IMG/VR virus record: IMGVR_UViG_3300044475_000066
Location: 1 to 47,254 of that record
DNA from: a virus
Lineage: Duplodnaviria; Caudoviricetes
Length of the DNA stretch: 47,254 nucleotides
Reading direction: 5' to 3' (one strand)
A program made the position numbers and the translations under genes. Every line of letters starts with the position of its first letter. Within the stretch, counting starts at the first letter, position 1. The notes beneath the pieces are model-generated. The model saw nothing but the letters and a program-made list of their open reading frames with translations, did not search any database and was not told the DNA's origin. This document shows positions 1 to 8,412 of this stretch, one piece after another.

Positions 1-63
<63 letters not shown>

Positions 64-64
<1 letters not shown>

Positions 65-173
65 CAGCACTGCACACACCATGGCTCACACACCAGCACC
101 AGCACTGCACACACCATGGCTCACACACCAGCACCAGCACTGCACACACCATGGCTCACACACCAGCACCAGC
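64..173. repeat. 35-bp tandem repeat, about 3 copies
   Basis: Unit CCAGCACTGCACACACCATGGCTCACACACCAGCA; ATGGCTC recurs at 81, 116, 151. Confidence 0.9.
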
Positions 174-192
174 GACACCCCGGCCGCAATAC

Positions 193-277
193 ATATCCAC
201 AAGATATTGCAAGGGGCATCCACAGTTTCCCGCGATTTTTCGCAAGTTATCCACAAGTAGGGGGACCCTGTGGATAA
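193..277. promoter_or_regulatory. Cluster of DnaA boxes
   Basis: TTATCCACA 247-255 and inverted TGTGGATAA 269-277 (perfect); ATATCCACA 193-201 (1 mismatch); GCATCCACA 216-224 (2 mismatches). Confidence 0.65.
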
Positions 278-305
278 CCTGAGCCCCGAGGGGACGCAGA
301 GGCTC
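260..305 (+). other. Possible cos/packaging region
   Basis: GGGGACCCTG followed by GAGCC-N15-GGCTC dyad about 100-150 bp upstream of a lambda-type terS; positional inference only. Confidence 0.3.
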
Positions 306-408
306 GATCTGAACCTGTCCCCAATTTTTTCAGCTTGAACTTAGCGATTGCAGTACGAAACGCAGCGGTTTACTTGTGTAGCAGACGCTAAACGACGACA
401 ATCGCGGG

Positions 409-807
409 ATGCAAGCTGATTTCGATTTAGACAGTAGCGGCCACGTCCGACCTTCGTCTGGCTGGGGCGGCGCGCGCCGGAACTCGGGACCGAAGCCGAA
501 GGGCTACGTGAAGCCCGACGAGATCATTGATCTCGACAAGGCCAGAGCGCGCAACGAACAAGCGAAAGCCGAACTCAACGAACTCAAGCTGAAGGTTGAG
601 ACGGGCGAATACGTATCGCGGGACGCAGTTCGGCAGGCATCTGCGACGATGCTGGCAACGCTGTCGCAAGCACTGCGCTCGCTGCCCGACAACCTCGAAC
701 GGAAGTTCAATCTCGCGCCCGATGTCTTGCAATTCATCGGCAAAGAGATCGACGCCTTGACAGACGGGATGGCCCAAGACCTGTCGCTATACACCGACGA
801 ACAATGA
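409..807 (+). CDS. terS: Terminase small subunit (Nu1-like)
   Basis: Precedes terL with ATGA overlap; GWGGARRNSGPKP and coiled-coil ARARNEQAKAELNELKL..GEYV typical of Nu1-like proteins. Confidence 0.8.
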   Translation: MQADFDLDSSGHVRPSSGWGGARRNSGPKPKGYVKPDEIIDLDKARARNEQAKAELNELKLKVETGEYVSRDAVRQASATMLATLSQALRSLPDNLERKFNLAPDVLQFIGKEIDALTDGMAQDLSLYTDEQ

Positions 808-3020
808 GCGACGAGCACTACGCAATTGCCCTGAGCGACCTTTGCTCCGGGTATCAGGCGCTGACACCACCAAAGCGCGTCACAGTGGCCGAAGGCGCGG
901 CCGAGAACCTTGTCATCAAGCAACCTGGGCAGGCGGGCGGGCCGTGGTCGGGCAGTGAGACTCCCTACATGATTGAGCCGATGAACACCCTGGCGAGCAG
1001 GCTGCACGAAGCGACAGCGTTCGTCGGTCCGGCCAGAACCGGGAAGACGGCTGGCCTGCTATTGGGCTGGGTTTCACACACCGTCCGCAACGACCCTGGT
1101 GACACGCTGTTCATCCAGATGTCGAAGGACAAGGCACGGGAGTTCTCGAAGACTGACGTTGACCGGGCGATCCGAAACTCACCGCGCTTGGTGGAAATGA
1201 AGTCAAACCGAGCGATCGACTCCAACACGTTCGACACGATGTTCCGCAACGGCGTGTGGTTGCGCATCGCGTGGCCCACCGTAAGCAACGTGTCGGGCTC
1301 GACCTACCGTTACGTCGCAATCACCGACATCGACCGCATCGAGAACGCCGAGAATGTGGACGGGGAAGGCCCGCTGTTCGACTTGGCGCGCAAGCGCACA
1401 ACCACCTTCATGAGCCGGGGCATGTGCTTAGCCGAGTCCAGCCCAGGCAAGGACTTGGAGACGGCCAACTGGACACCGAGCACGCCACATGAAGGCCCGC
1501 CAGTGGGCGGCATCGTCGGCATCTACAACCGATCGGATCGACGCAGGTGGTACTGGCAGTGCCCGGACTGCTCCGACCACTTCGAGGCTGCGCCGGGCAT
1601 GGGGCTGTTCCATCTCCCGCCCGACAAGCAACTGATCGAAGACGTGCGGACGATGAACATCGGCAAGATCGCCGCCGAGTACGGCTCGCGCATCATCTGC
1701 CCCCACTGCGGGAGCCTCATCAACGCCAAGCACAAGCAGCACCTGAACAGCGGAGGCATCTGGTTGCCAGACGGTGCCCGCATCAACAGCGAGCGCGAGA
1801 TCACGGGCGAGCCGATGGTCTCCACGATTGCTGGGTTCTGGCTGGGTGGCGTGGCCGCTGCGTACCAACCCTGGCGCTCGCTGATCGAGCGGTACCTGCA
1901 GGGACTCAAGGACTACGCACTCACCGGTTCAGAGGAAACACTGAAGACCACCATCAACACCGACCAGGGCTTGCCGTACACACCGCGCCACCTCGTCGAG
2001 TCGGCCAGCACCAAGAGCATGGTGGACAAGGCCAACACAGAACTGCAGCGGTACGTCGTCCCGGCGCAGACGCGCAGCGTAGCCGTGTCGGTGGACGTGC
2101 AGAGTGGTACCAACGCACGCTTTGTCGTTCAGGTGCACGCGGTCGGCGCTTACATGGAGCAGTGGCTGGTTGACCGCTTCGAGATTCGAGAATCAAAGCG
2201 GCCGGGAATGGGCGCGGACTTCGCCCCCATCGACCCAACCAGCTACCCCGAGGACTGGGACATCCTGACCGAGAAGCTGTTGCTGGCGACGTGGCGCACG
2301 CCGCTGGAAGGCCGCGAGATCAAGCTGTCAGTGCTGGTGGTGGACACTGGTGGCGACCAGGGCGGCAAAGGTGCGCGCAAGGAAGACGGCGGCGTGGCCC
2401 AGAACGCCTATGCGTGGTATCGCCGGGTGCGGGCGCGCAAGGACGGCCTTGCCAACAAGATCGTGCTCTACAAGGGCGCCAGCAACCCTAGCGCGCCGAT
2501 CATCAAGGAGACGAAGGTGGGTAAGCGAGGCGAAAAGAGCAAGCCCGACATCCCGCTGCTGGTATGCAACCCCAACCTGCTGTCCGACCAAGTGGATGCC
2601 GGGCTGAAGCGCGACACACCTGGGCCGAACTTCATCCACTTACCGCCTGTCAAGGACATGGTGAAGAACCCAGATGGCTGGTTGCCGCAGGCGTTTACAG
2701 ATGAACTGCACGCTGAGGTTCGACAACCGAACGGCGTGTGGAAGCAGATTCGCAAGCGCAACGAGTCTTTCGACTTGTGCCGCATGATCCGCGCCGGGCT
2801 GCTGCGCAAGGGCCTGGACAAGATCAAGGATTGGAACGTCGTACCGGCATGGCTCGCCCCACTGGAGATCAACAGCGAGGTCATCACGGTGGAGGGTCGG
2901 CGTGAGATGAAAGAAGCGGCAGCAGCCGAGCCTGTCATCTCAGAGGCTCCGAAGGTGAGGGTGGTCGGGAGACCCGTGCGCAAAGCGCGCAGATCGGCAC
3001 CATCCCCATACCTGCGCTAA
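804..3020 (+). CDS. terL: Terminase large subunit, lambda GpA family
   Basis: Walker A-like GPARTGKT, TPYMIEPM, CPDC/CPHC zinc motifs, SVDVQ nuclease motif, RNESFDL. Confidence 0.95.
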   Translation: MSDEHYAIALSDLCSGYQALTPPKRVTVAEGAAENLVIKQPGQAGGPWSGSETPYMIEPMNTLASRLHEATAFVGPARTGKTAGLLLGWVSHTVRNDPGDTLFIQMSKDKAREFSKTDVDRAIRNSPRLVEMKSNRAIDSNTFDTMFRNGVWLRIAWPTVSNVSGSTYRYVAITDIDRIENAENVDGEGPLFDLARKRTTTFMSRGMCLAESSPGKDLETANWTPSTPHEGPPVGGIVGIYNRSDRRRWYWQCPDCSDHFEAAPGMGLFHLPPDKQLIEDVRTMNIGKIAAEYGSRIICPHCGSLINAKHKQHLNSGGIWLPDGARINSEREITGEPMVSTIAGFWLGGVAAAYQPWRSLIERYLQGLKDYALTGSEETLKTTINTDQGLPYTPRHLVESASTKSMVDKANTELQRYVVPAQTRSVAVSVDVQSGTNARFVVQVHAVGAYMEQWLVDRFEIRESKRPGMGADFAPIDPTSYPEDWDILTEKLLLATWRTPLEGREIKLSVLVVDTGGDQGGKGARKEDGGVAQNAYAWYRRVRARKDGLANKIVLYKGASNPSAPIIKETKVGKRGEKSKPDIPLLVCNPNLLSDQVDAGLKRDTPGPNFIHLPPVKDMVKNPDGWLPQAFTDELHAEVRQPNGVWKQIRKRNESFDLCRMIRAGLLRKGLDKIKDWNVVPAWLAPLEINSEVITVEGRREMKEAAAAEPVISEAPKVRVVGRPVRKARRSAPSPYLR

Positions 3021-3031
3021 AAACTCGGGTA

Positions 3032-3059
3032 TTGCATCGTTAAGCAATTGCGATATACT
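3032..3059 (+). promoter_or_regulatory. Sigma70-type promoter for the ncRNA/tRNA cassette, with operator-like palindrome
   Basis: TTGCAT-16bp-TATACT; spacer contains GCAATTGC. Confidence 0.65.
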
Positions 3060-3296
3060 TCACAGCGGGACAAGAGGACGACGCAAGTCGTACACCCATA
3101 GACCTTCGGGGTCTATAAACCGAGGCTTTACGCAAGACTTGCCAGATAGTCTGCCTTGAAGCCTGCTTTGGTAGGGCCTTCAAGCGTGATGATTGGCATC
3201 GAGTACACACCGGCATAGGCCGGAGACGTGGCGGAATGCAGGATGCTGGCGAGGCGCATGTAGCCAGCAGCAATCGTCACACTTGAAGGTGAACAC

Positions 3297-3371
3297 GTTG
3301 CTATCGTCCAGCGGTCAGGACTTCCGGCTTTCTACCGGGCAACACCGGTTCGAATCCGGTTAGCAACTCCA
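3297..3371 (+). tRNA. tRNA-Glu(UUC)
   Basis: Acceptor GTTGCTA/TAGCAAC, D-arm GTCC/GGAC, anticodon loop CT-TTC-TA, T-arm ACCGG-TTCGAAT-CCGGT, encoded CCA. Confidence 0.9.
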
Positions 3372-3532
3372 GAGTGCGCAGCTTGCAAGTAGCGTGTACG
3401 GCGAACGGCCTCGGGCCAAGTACCTATGGGACGCGAGGCATGACGGCACGCCGCGAAGGCCCAAGGTACTGGGGCAGGGAGTATTGAAAAACTCCCCTTG
3501 AAGAACCTAGAAATAGGGCCTTCAAGAGTGAT

Positions 3533-3601
3533 GCAAGGTTGGCAGAATTGGCAATGCAAAGCTGCGCAAGCTGGTCTGCAGGTTCAAGTCCTGCACCATG
3601 C
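3533..3601 (+). ncRNA. tRNA-like element with degenerate anticodon arm and no CCA
   Basis: Acceptor GCAAGGT/ACCATGC (1 mismatch), D-arm GCA-GAATTGGCAA-TGC, T-arm GCAGG-TTCAAGT-CCTGC; only 20 nt between D and T arms. Confidence 0.6.
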
Positions 3602-4428
3602 ATCACTCTTGAGAGCCCTGTCGCAATCACGGTTTAGCTCCGTGAGCCACGACCGTTGCAAGGTGAACGTGGCAGAAGGCAACCCTGCTTTATGCGGAGT
3701 GTGACAAGGCGATCAGATTTTTGGTTGTGGTGGCTCCTTTCAGCTTGTCGAAAGACAGGTTCCTACCTTTGTAAGTAGGCAACAATCTGCAATGGCATCC
3801 GGCTCCGTCCCAGGAACTTAAAGCGGCCCGGTCACTGCTCAAACCGTCACCACGTAATCAGACGCGGGTAATTGCAGAACACAATGGCATCTCGGAATTA
3901 GACGAGAACCATCAGATAGACGCCTTGACGCCGTAGCACGCACATCGCTACCGGGTTTCGAGGGCCGAGCACAAGGCGTCTTTCTGATGGTGTAGTCAAA
4001 CACAGTGCTCCGAAGGCACGCATCGGCGTCGGTCGTTTTGGGTTCGTCCCGCGCACCCGGCATCACTTCACAACTGGTGTAGTCGATGGGTTTAGTCGGT
4101 AGGGCACTCCCTGTGCGACTCCCCACCATCCAAGCAGGGTAAAGCCTGACAAGCCATCCGGGTGCAAGGCCCCCGGAGCCATCATTGAAGCGGAAAAAGG
4201 AACGACGCAAGTCAAATGGTTTGCTAGGAGGGCTGCACGCGCAATGCGGCCCAGCGCAATGCCTGCTCGGGCTGCCCAGCCCGCTTCAATGATGGTGAAC
4301 GCCCAGTGGTGATGGGCGGAGAAAGGAAGCAGTGACAAGGCAATGCGGTGAGAGTCCGCAACAGTTGCTGAACGACTCACAGAAGCCGGGATCACCTCCG
4401 GCCACCATCTTCAACACCGAAGGAAACT

Positions 4429-4566
4429 ATGAACCCGAACGACACCACCGAAAAATCCGAAGACGCCCCGAAGTCGGACGCTTTCGACCTGAACCTCGAA
4501 GACGACACACCGCTGCCACCCATCTGTGATCTGAACGGCGACGGCACTTGCGAGGCGTGCCAGTGA
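4429..4566 (+). CDS. 45-aa acidic peptide ending CDLNGDGTCEACQ (RNR alpha C-terminal tail-like)
   Basis: Not in ORF track; RBS AAGGA upstream; translates MNPNDTTEKSEDAPKSDAFDLNLEDDTPLPPICDLNGDGTCEACQ; GTGA overlap with next gene. Confidence 0.8.
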   Translation: MNPNDTTEKSEDAPKSDAFDLNLEDDTPLPPICDLNGDGTCEACQ

Positions 4567-4814
4567 CAACGCCTGTCGGCTGGACAGCCATCGACAACTC
4601 CAACCCTACCACACTGCCCGAGCCCGGTGACTGGCTGGTGACCGTGGACACCGACGAGGGTCGCGAGGTGCACACGCTTCGTCACGTTGGCGATGGTAAA
4701 TGGTCCGACTCTGGGGTGTACACCTTCGAGCACAGCTACTACTTCCGCCCAATCGCTTGGGCTCCGCGCCCCGATGTTTACGCAGGGCCGATCACCGGTT
4801 GGGACACAAATTAA
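4563..4814 (+). CDS. Hypothetical protein (DUF551-like)
   Basis: GTG start coupled to previous stop; W...LPEPGDWLVTV...IAWAPRP pattern. Confidence 0.65.
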   Translation: MTTPVGWTAIDNSNPTTLPEPGDWLVTVDTDEGREVHTLRHVGDGKWSDSGVYTFEHSYYFRPIAWAPRPDVYAGPITGWDTN

Positions 4815-4841
4815 ATTTCCAGCTTAATTCGCTGAATTTCA

Positions 4842-4886
4842 AGCGAAATTGTGCCGCAGGCGCAAAAACCATAGTGTCGGCATCAT
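4842..4886 (+). promoter_or_regulatory. Putative late promoter motif, copy 1
   Basis: AGCGAAATTGTGCCGCAGGCGC, then CATCAT 21 nt after CCGCAG. Confidence 0.75.
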
Positions 4887-4895
4887 CGCGGCACT

Positions 4896-5132
4896 ATGGC
4901 CCTTACTGCAATCGAACTCCAAGCCAACGTTGATTCGCTCAACAGGGCCATCGCCACCGGCACTCGCTCAGTGACCCTTGGTGGACAGACGGTCATCTAC
5001 AACACGACCGAATCGCTGGTCAAAGCGCGCAACGACCAGCAAGAACAACTCAACGCACTCAACGCTCAGACTTCAGGCAAGCGCCGCAAGAAGCAGTCGT
5101 ACCTTGTGCAAACCGGCCGGGGGTACAACTGA
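4896..5132 (+). CDS. Head-tail joining protein (gpW-like)
   Basis: 78 aa directly before portal; AIATGTRSVTLGGQTVIY pattern. Confidence 0.8.
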   Translation: MALTAIELQANVDSLNRAIATGTRSVTLGGQTVIYNTTESLVKARNDQQEQLNALNAQTSGKRRKKQSYLVQTGRGYN

Positions 5133-6820
5133 TGGCGACACGCGGACGTAAACCAAGCCTGGAAACTCAGATCGCCCGCACCGTGGCGCAAGTGGTGCGC
5201 GGGGCCAGCGACCAACCTGCGGCAGAGCCGCCTGCGCGCCAGTACCGCGCACGGTACGACGCGGCCGGACAAGGACGCCGACTGGCCGGATGGAACCCAC
5301 CGTCCAGTGGCCCGAACGGCGCGCTTACCGGGCTCGCCACCATCAGGAATCGCGCACGTGATTCGTCCCGCAACGACTGGTCGGGCGCCAGCGGCGTGCA
5401 GAAGTGGACGAGCAACCTGATCGGCATCGGGATCACGCCGCGCTTCAAGCGCGTCAAGAGCAAGACCCGCAAGCAGGAACTGATCGACATCTACAGCGAC
5501 TTCGTGGCGCAAGCAGATGCCGACGGCGTGCTGAACTTCTATGGTCTGCAGACCCTGGCCGTGCGCTCTTGGCTGGACGGCGGTGAGGTGTTCGCCCGCC
5601 GCCGCAATCGCCCGTTTGACGACGGGCTGGCCGTGCCTATGCAGGTGCAACTGCTCGAATCGGACATGGTGCCCATGTTCAACTCAACCGCGTGGCAGGG
5701 CCTGCCGACGAACAACGTCATCAAGGACGGGATCGAGTTCGACCGCCGTGGAAAACGCATCGCGTACTGGGTCTACAAAGAGCACCCAGGTGACACGGCG
5801 ATGGGCATGATGCCTGAGCGCGACAAGCTGGTGCGCGTGGCCGCGTCCGAGATGTGCCACATCTTTGAGCCTCTGCGCCCAGGGCAGCGCCGTGGTGTTT
5901 CGATGCTGGCCCCCATCTTGGCCCGGCTGCGCAACATCGAGAACTACGACGATGCGACGCTGACGCGCCAACAACTTGCGAACTTGGTGGTGGCGTTCAT
6001 CACCAAGCAGATGCCGCAGATCACTGGCGACGAAGACATCAACGGGCTGACCGGCCAGTTGATTGACGAGGAAGACCCTTCGACCGGCGCGCCGCTGGTC
6101 GGCATGCAGCCTGGGTTGATTCAGGAACTTGACGAAGGTCAGGACGTTACGTGGTCTAACCCGCCCGAGGCCGGGACGAACTACTCCGACTACATGCGGA
6201 CTCAGCACATGGGCACCGCTGCTGCGACCGGGCTGCCATACGAGATTTTCTCCGGCGATATTCGCAACGTCAGCGACCGCACGCTGCGGGTGCTGGTTAA
6301 CGAGTTCCGCCGACTGGCCGAGCAGCGCCAGTGGCAGATCGTGATCCCCCAACTGTGCCAGCGCGTGATTGAGTGGTTCGCAGAAGCCTCGATCTTGGCG
6401 GGCAAGGCCACGGCCGACGAGTACGACGAGATTCGCCGCGTCGAGTGGTCGCCTCACGGCTGGGCGCACATCCACCCGACACAAGACCCAGACGGCAAGC
6501 GGATCGAGTTGGAGATGGGCGTGCGCTCGCGCAGCAGCATCATTGCCGAGCGCGGCGACGACCCAGACTTGGTGGACGAAGAACGTCGCTCCGACATGGA
6601 GCGCGCCGAAGCCTTGGGGCTCACCCCAGTGGTGGCACCGGCAGGCCAGTCCACACAAGACCCAGCAAACGCCGACCCTGACCCGACTGACCAGCAAGAG
6701 GAACAGCAAGCCCAGGCGCGGGAAATTCTGCGGCTGCGCGCCGAGGCGATCTCGTCGAACAACGCTCTGACCCAGCGCATCGTGGACCTGCTGGAGCCCA
6801 ACAGTGACCTCTTCGAGTGA
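5132..6820 (+). CDS. Portal protein, lambda family
   Basis: YDAAGQGRR, RARDSSRND, DGIEFDRRG, RPGQRRGVS motifs; synteny. Confidence 0.95.
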   Translation: MATRGRKPSLETQIARTVAQVVRGASDQPAAEPPARQYRARYDAAGQGRRLAGWNPPSSGPNGALTGLATIRNRARDSSRNDWSGASGVQKWTSNLIGIGITPRFKRVKSKTRKQELIDIYSDFVAQADADGVLNFYGLQTLAVRSWLDGGEVFARRRNRPFDDGLAVPMQVQLLESDMVPMFNSTAWQGLPTNNVIKDGIEFDRRGKRIAYWVYKEHPGDTAMGMMPERDKLVRVAASEMCHIFEPLRPGQRRGVSMLAPILARLRNIENYDDATLTRQQLANLVVAFITKQMPQITGDEDINGLTGQLIDEEDPSTGAPLVGMQPGLIQELDEGQDVTWSNPPEAGTNYSDYMRTQHMGTAAATGLPYEIFSGDIRNVSDRTLRVLVNEFRRLAEQRQWQIVIPQLCQRVIEWFAEASILAGKATADEYDEIRRVEWSPHGWAHIHPTQDPDGKRIELEMGVRSRSSIIAERGDDPDLVDEERRSDMERAEALGLTPVVAPAGQSTQDPANADPDPTDQQEEQQAQAREILRLRAEAISSNNALTQRIVDLLEPNSDLFE

Positions 6821-7454
6821 TGGGCTGCTGGCTCTCTGCGCGAAGCGCATAAGCGATCTGCAGACGGCTTTTGCAAAGCTGTCGAAGATGCCTGGGCCAG
6901 AAGGCCGGGCCGGGCGCGACGGCGTTGACGGGGCCACCGGCCAGCAAGGACCGCAAGGTGAGCGCGGGGTCGACGGTCGCAATGGGCTGGACGGCGCGCC
7001 GGGCGCGGCTGGACTCAATGGCCGAGACGGTGTGCCCGGGCCGCGTGGCCCAGCCGGACCACGCGGAGAACCAGGCCCTGCAGGGAAAGACGGGGAGCGC
7101 GGACCCGCACCAGACCATCAGTGGAAAGGGACACGGCTGCGCTTTCAGAAGCCCGAAGGTGACTGGGGTAAGTGGGTGGACCTCAAGGGCGACGCCGGGG
7201 TGGCAGGCTCTAGTGGCGGGGGTGGCGGGTTTATCGGTGGTTCTTCGTTCGACCTGGACACGCTACCGGCCGCAGATAACGCACCGACACCGACCGAAGT
7301 TCTGGTTCGACAGGACGGCGTTTGGGTACGCGCCTCGTGGGCTCAGTTCTCCGCTTGGGTTGGCTCGGTGACACCGCCGACTGGAAACGGGATTCTCACT
7401 GAGGGTGGGGACCGTCTGTTGGCGGAAGACGGCAACGTAATTGTTCAGGAATAG
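6804..7454 (+). CDS. Collagen-like fibre protein
   Basis: Long Gly-X-Y run; [15 protein letters not shown]; C-terminal [14 protein letters not shown]. Confidence 0.8.
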   Translation: MTSSSDGLLALCAKRISDLQTAFAKLSKMPGPEGRAGRDGVDGATGQQGPQGERGVDGRNGLDGAPGAAGLNGRDGVPGPRGPAGPRGEPGPAGKDGERGPAPDHQWKGTRLRFQKPEGDWGKWVDLKGDAGVAGSSGGGGGFIGGSSFDLDTLPAADNAPTPTEVLVRQDGVWVRASWAQFSAWVGSVTPPTGNGILTEGGDRLLAEDGNVIVQE

Positions 7455-7456
7455 AA

Positions 7457-8404
7457 ATGGCTGAGATCAAAATTTCACAAATGCCGCTCGCAGACGCTCT
7501 CGTTGGCGATGAATCGGTCCCTGTTGTGCAAGGTGGAGTCAACAAGCGAACGCCTTCGTCTGCGCTGAAGGGTCAGACTGGGGACACAGGTCCAACCGGC
7601 CCTCAAGGTCCGCAAGGGGCGCAGGGTCCGACAGGTCCCCAGGGTCCGACAGGCCCCCAGGGGCCAGCCGGAGATACCGGGCCAACCGGGCCAACTGGAC
7701 CAACTGGGCCACAAGGCCCAAAAGGGGATACGGGCGCATCCGGGGCTTCGGATTGGGCAAGTGTCACGGGGAAACCGACGACACTGGCCGGTTACGACAT
7801 AACAGATGCTGAGCCCGCAGTAGCTGCAGGCACGACTTCGCAGTATTGGCGCGGCGACAAGACTTGGCGCGACTTCGCAACAGATGTCCGGTCAGTATTA
7901 CTAACTGGTCTCTCCACAGCTACAAAAACCGCCGTCACCGCAACGGATTCTGCATTGGTGGCGTTCGGAAAACTGCAAGCGCAAATAACGGACGTTATGA
8001 CCGGTGACATAACCGTTTCCGGCACCAAATCGTTCAGCGGAACGATACTAGCCACTTTGAACCCGTTTCGCTATGGGGTCGGCGCCGGTGGGACAATAAC
8101 TCAAACCAACAGTAAAAGCGACCCGGTAACGCTAAACAAATGCAGCGGAAAAATAACAATGCACAACGCATCGCTGCCTGCGAACTCGGTTGTGCTATTT
8201 ACCTTCAACAACTCAAAAATCGGAGACAGCGATTTGCTATTGTTGGCTATCGACGCGGGGAACATCGCTAATACAAGCAACTACAGAATTTGGCATTCGC
8301 CTACAGTAAACGCAGCAGTAATCGCTGTGGAAAACAGATCAGCGTCTGCGCTGAGTGAAAGTATCGTAATTCGTTTCGGTGTTATCGGTTTGTCAACAAC
8401 ATAA
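7457..8404 (+). CDS. Collagen-like fibre/spike protein
   Basis: [11 protein letters not shown]-terminus, Gly-X-Y repeats, [13 protein letters not shown] fibre motif. Confidence 0.8.
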   Translation: MAEIKISQMPLADALVGDESVPVVQGGVNKRTPSSALKGQTGDTGPTGPQGPQGAQGPTGPQGPTGPQGPAGDTGPTGPTGPTGPQGPKGDTGASGASDWASVTGKPTTLAGYDITDAEPAVAAGTTSQYWRGDKTWRDFATDVRSVLLTGLSTATKTAVTATDSALVAFGKLQAQITDVMTGDITVSGTKSFSGTILATLNPFRYGVGAGGTITQTNSKSDPVTLNKCSGKITMHNASLPANSVVLFTFNNSKIGDSDLLLLAIDAGNIANTSNYRIWHSPTVNAAVIAVENRSASALSESIVIRFGVIGLSTT

Positions 8405-8412
8405 GGTGCCAG

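Larger units (their letters stand above)
3061..4410 (+). ncRNA. Array of structured non-coding RNA modules (family unassigned)
   Basis: No credible ORF over 1.35 kb; long stems 3177-3195/3271-3289, 3515-3535/3599-3619, 3908-3927/3972-3991, 4178-4193/4281-4296; many GNRA/UUCG and T-loop-like hairpins. Confidence 0.7.

Noticed and set aside
3092-3122. Hairpin ending ATAAACCG, like a type I-E repeat handle
   Set aside because: Only the last 8 nt match; the stem and 5' end differ from I-E repeats
3040-4395. Short ORFs called in the terL-gpW interval
   Set aside because: No RBS or coupling, some overlap the tRNA, and the region is dominated by RNA structure
6800-6820. Portal ends NSDLFE and the DUF2800 protein ends NSDLFY (clamp-motif-like)
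   Set aside because: Lacks the conserved Gln of the beta-clamp motif; portal end is constrained by gene overlap; probably chance
7580-7730. 9- and 18-bp tandem repeats
   Set aside because: Explained by Gly-X-Y collagen coding
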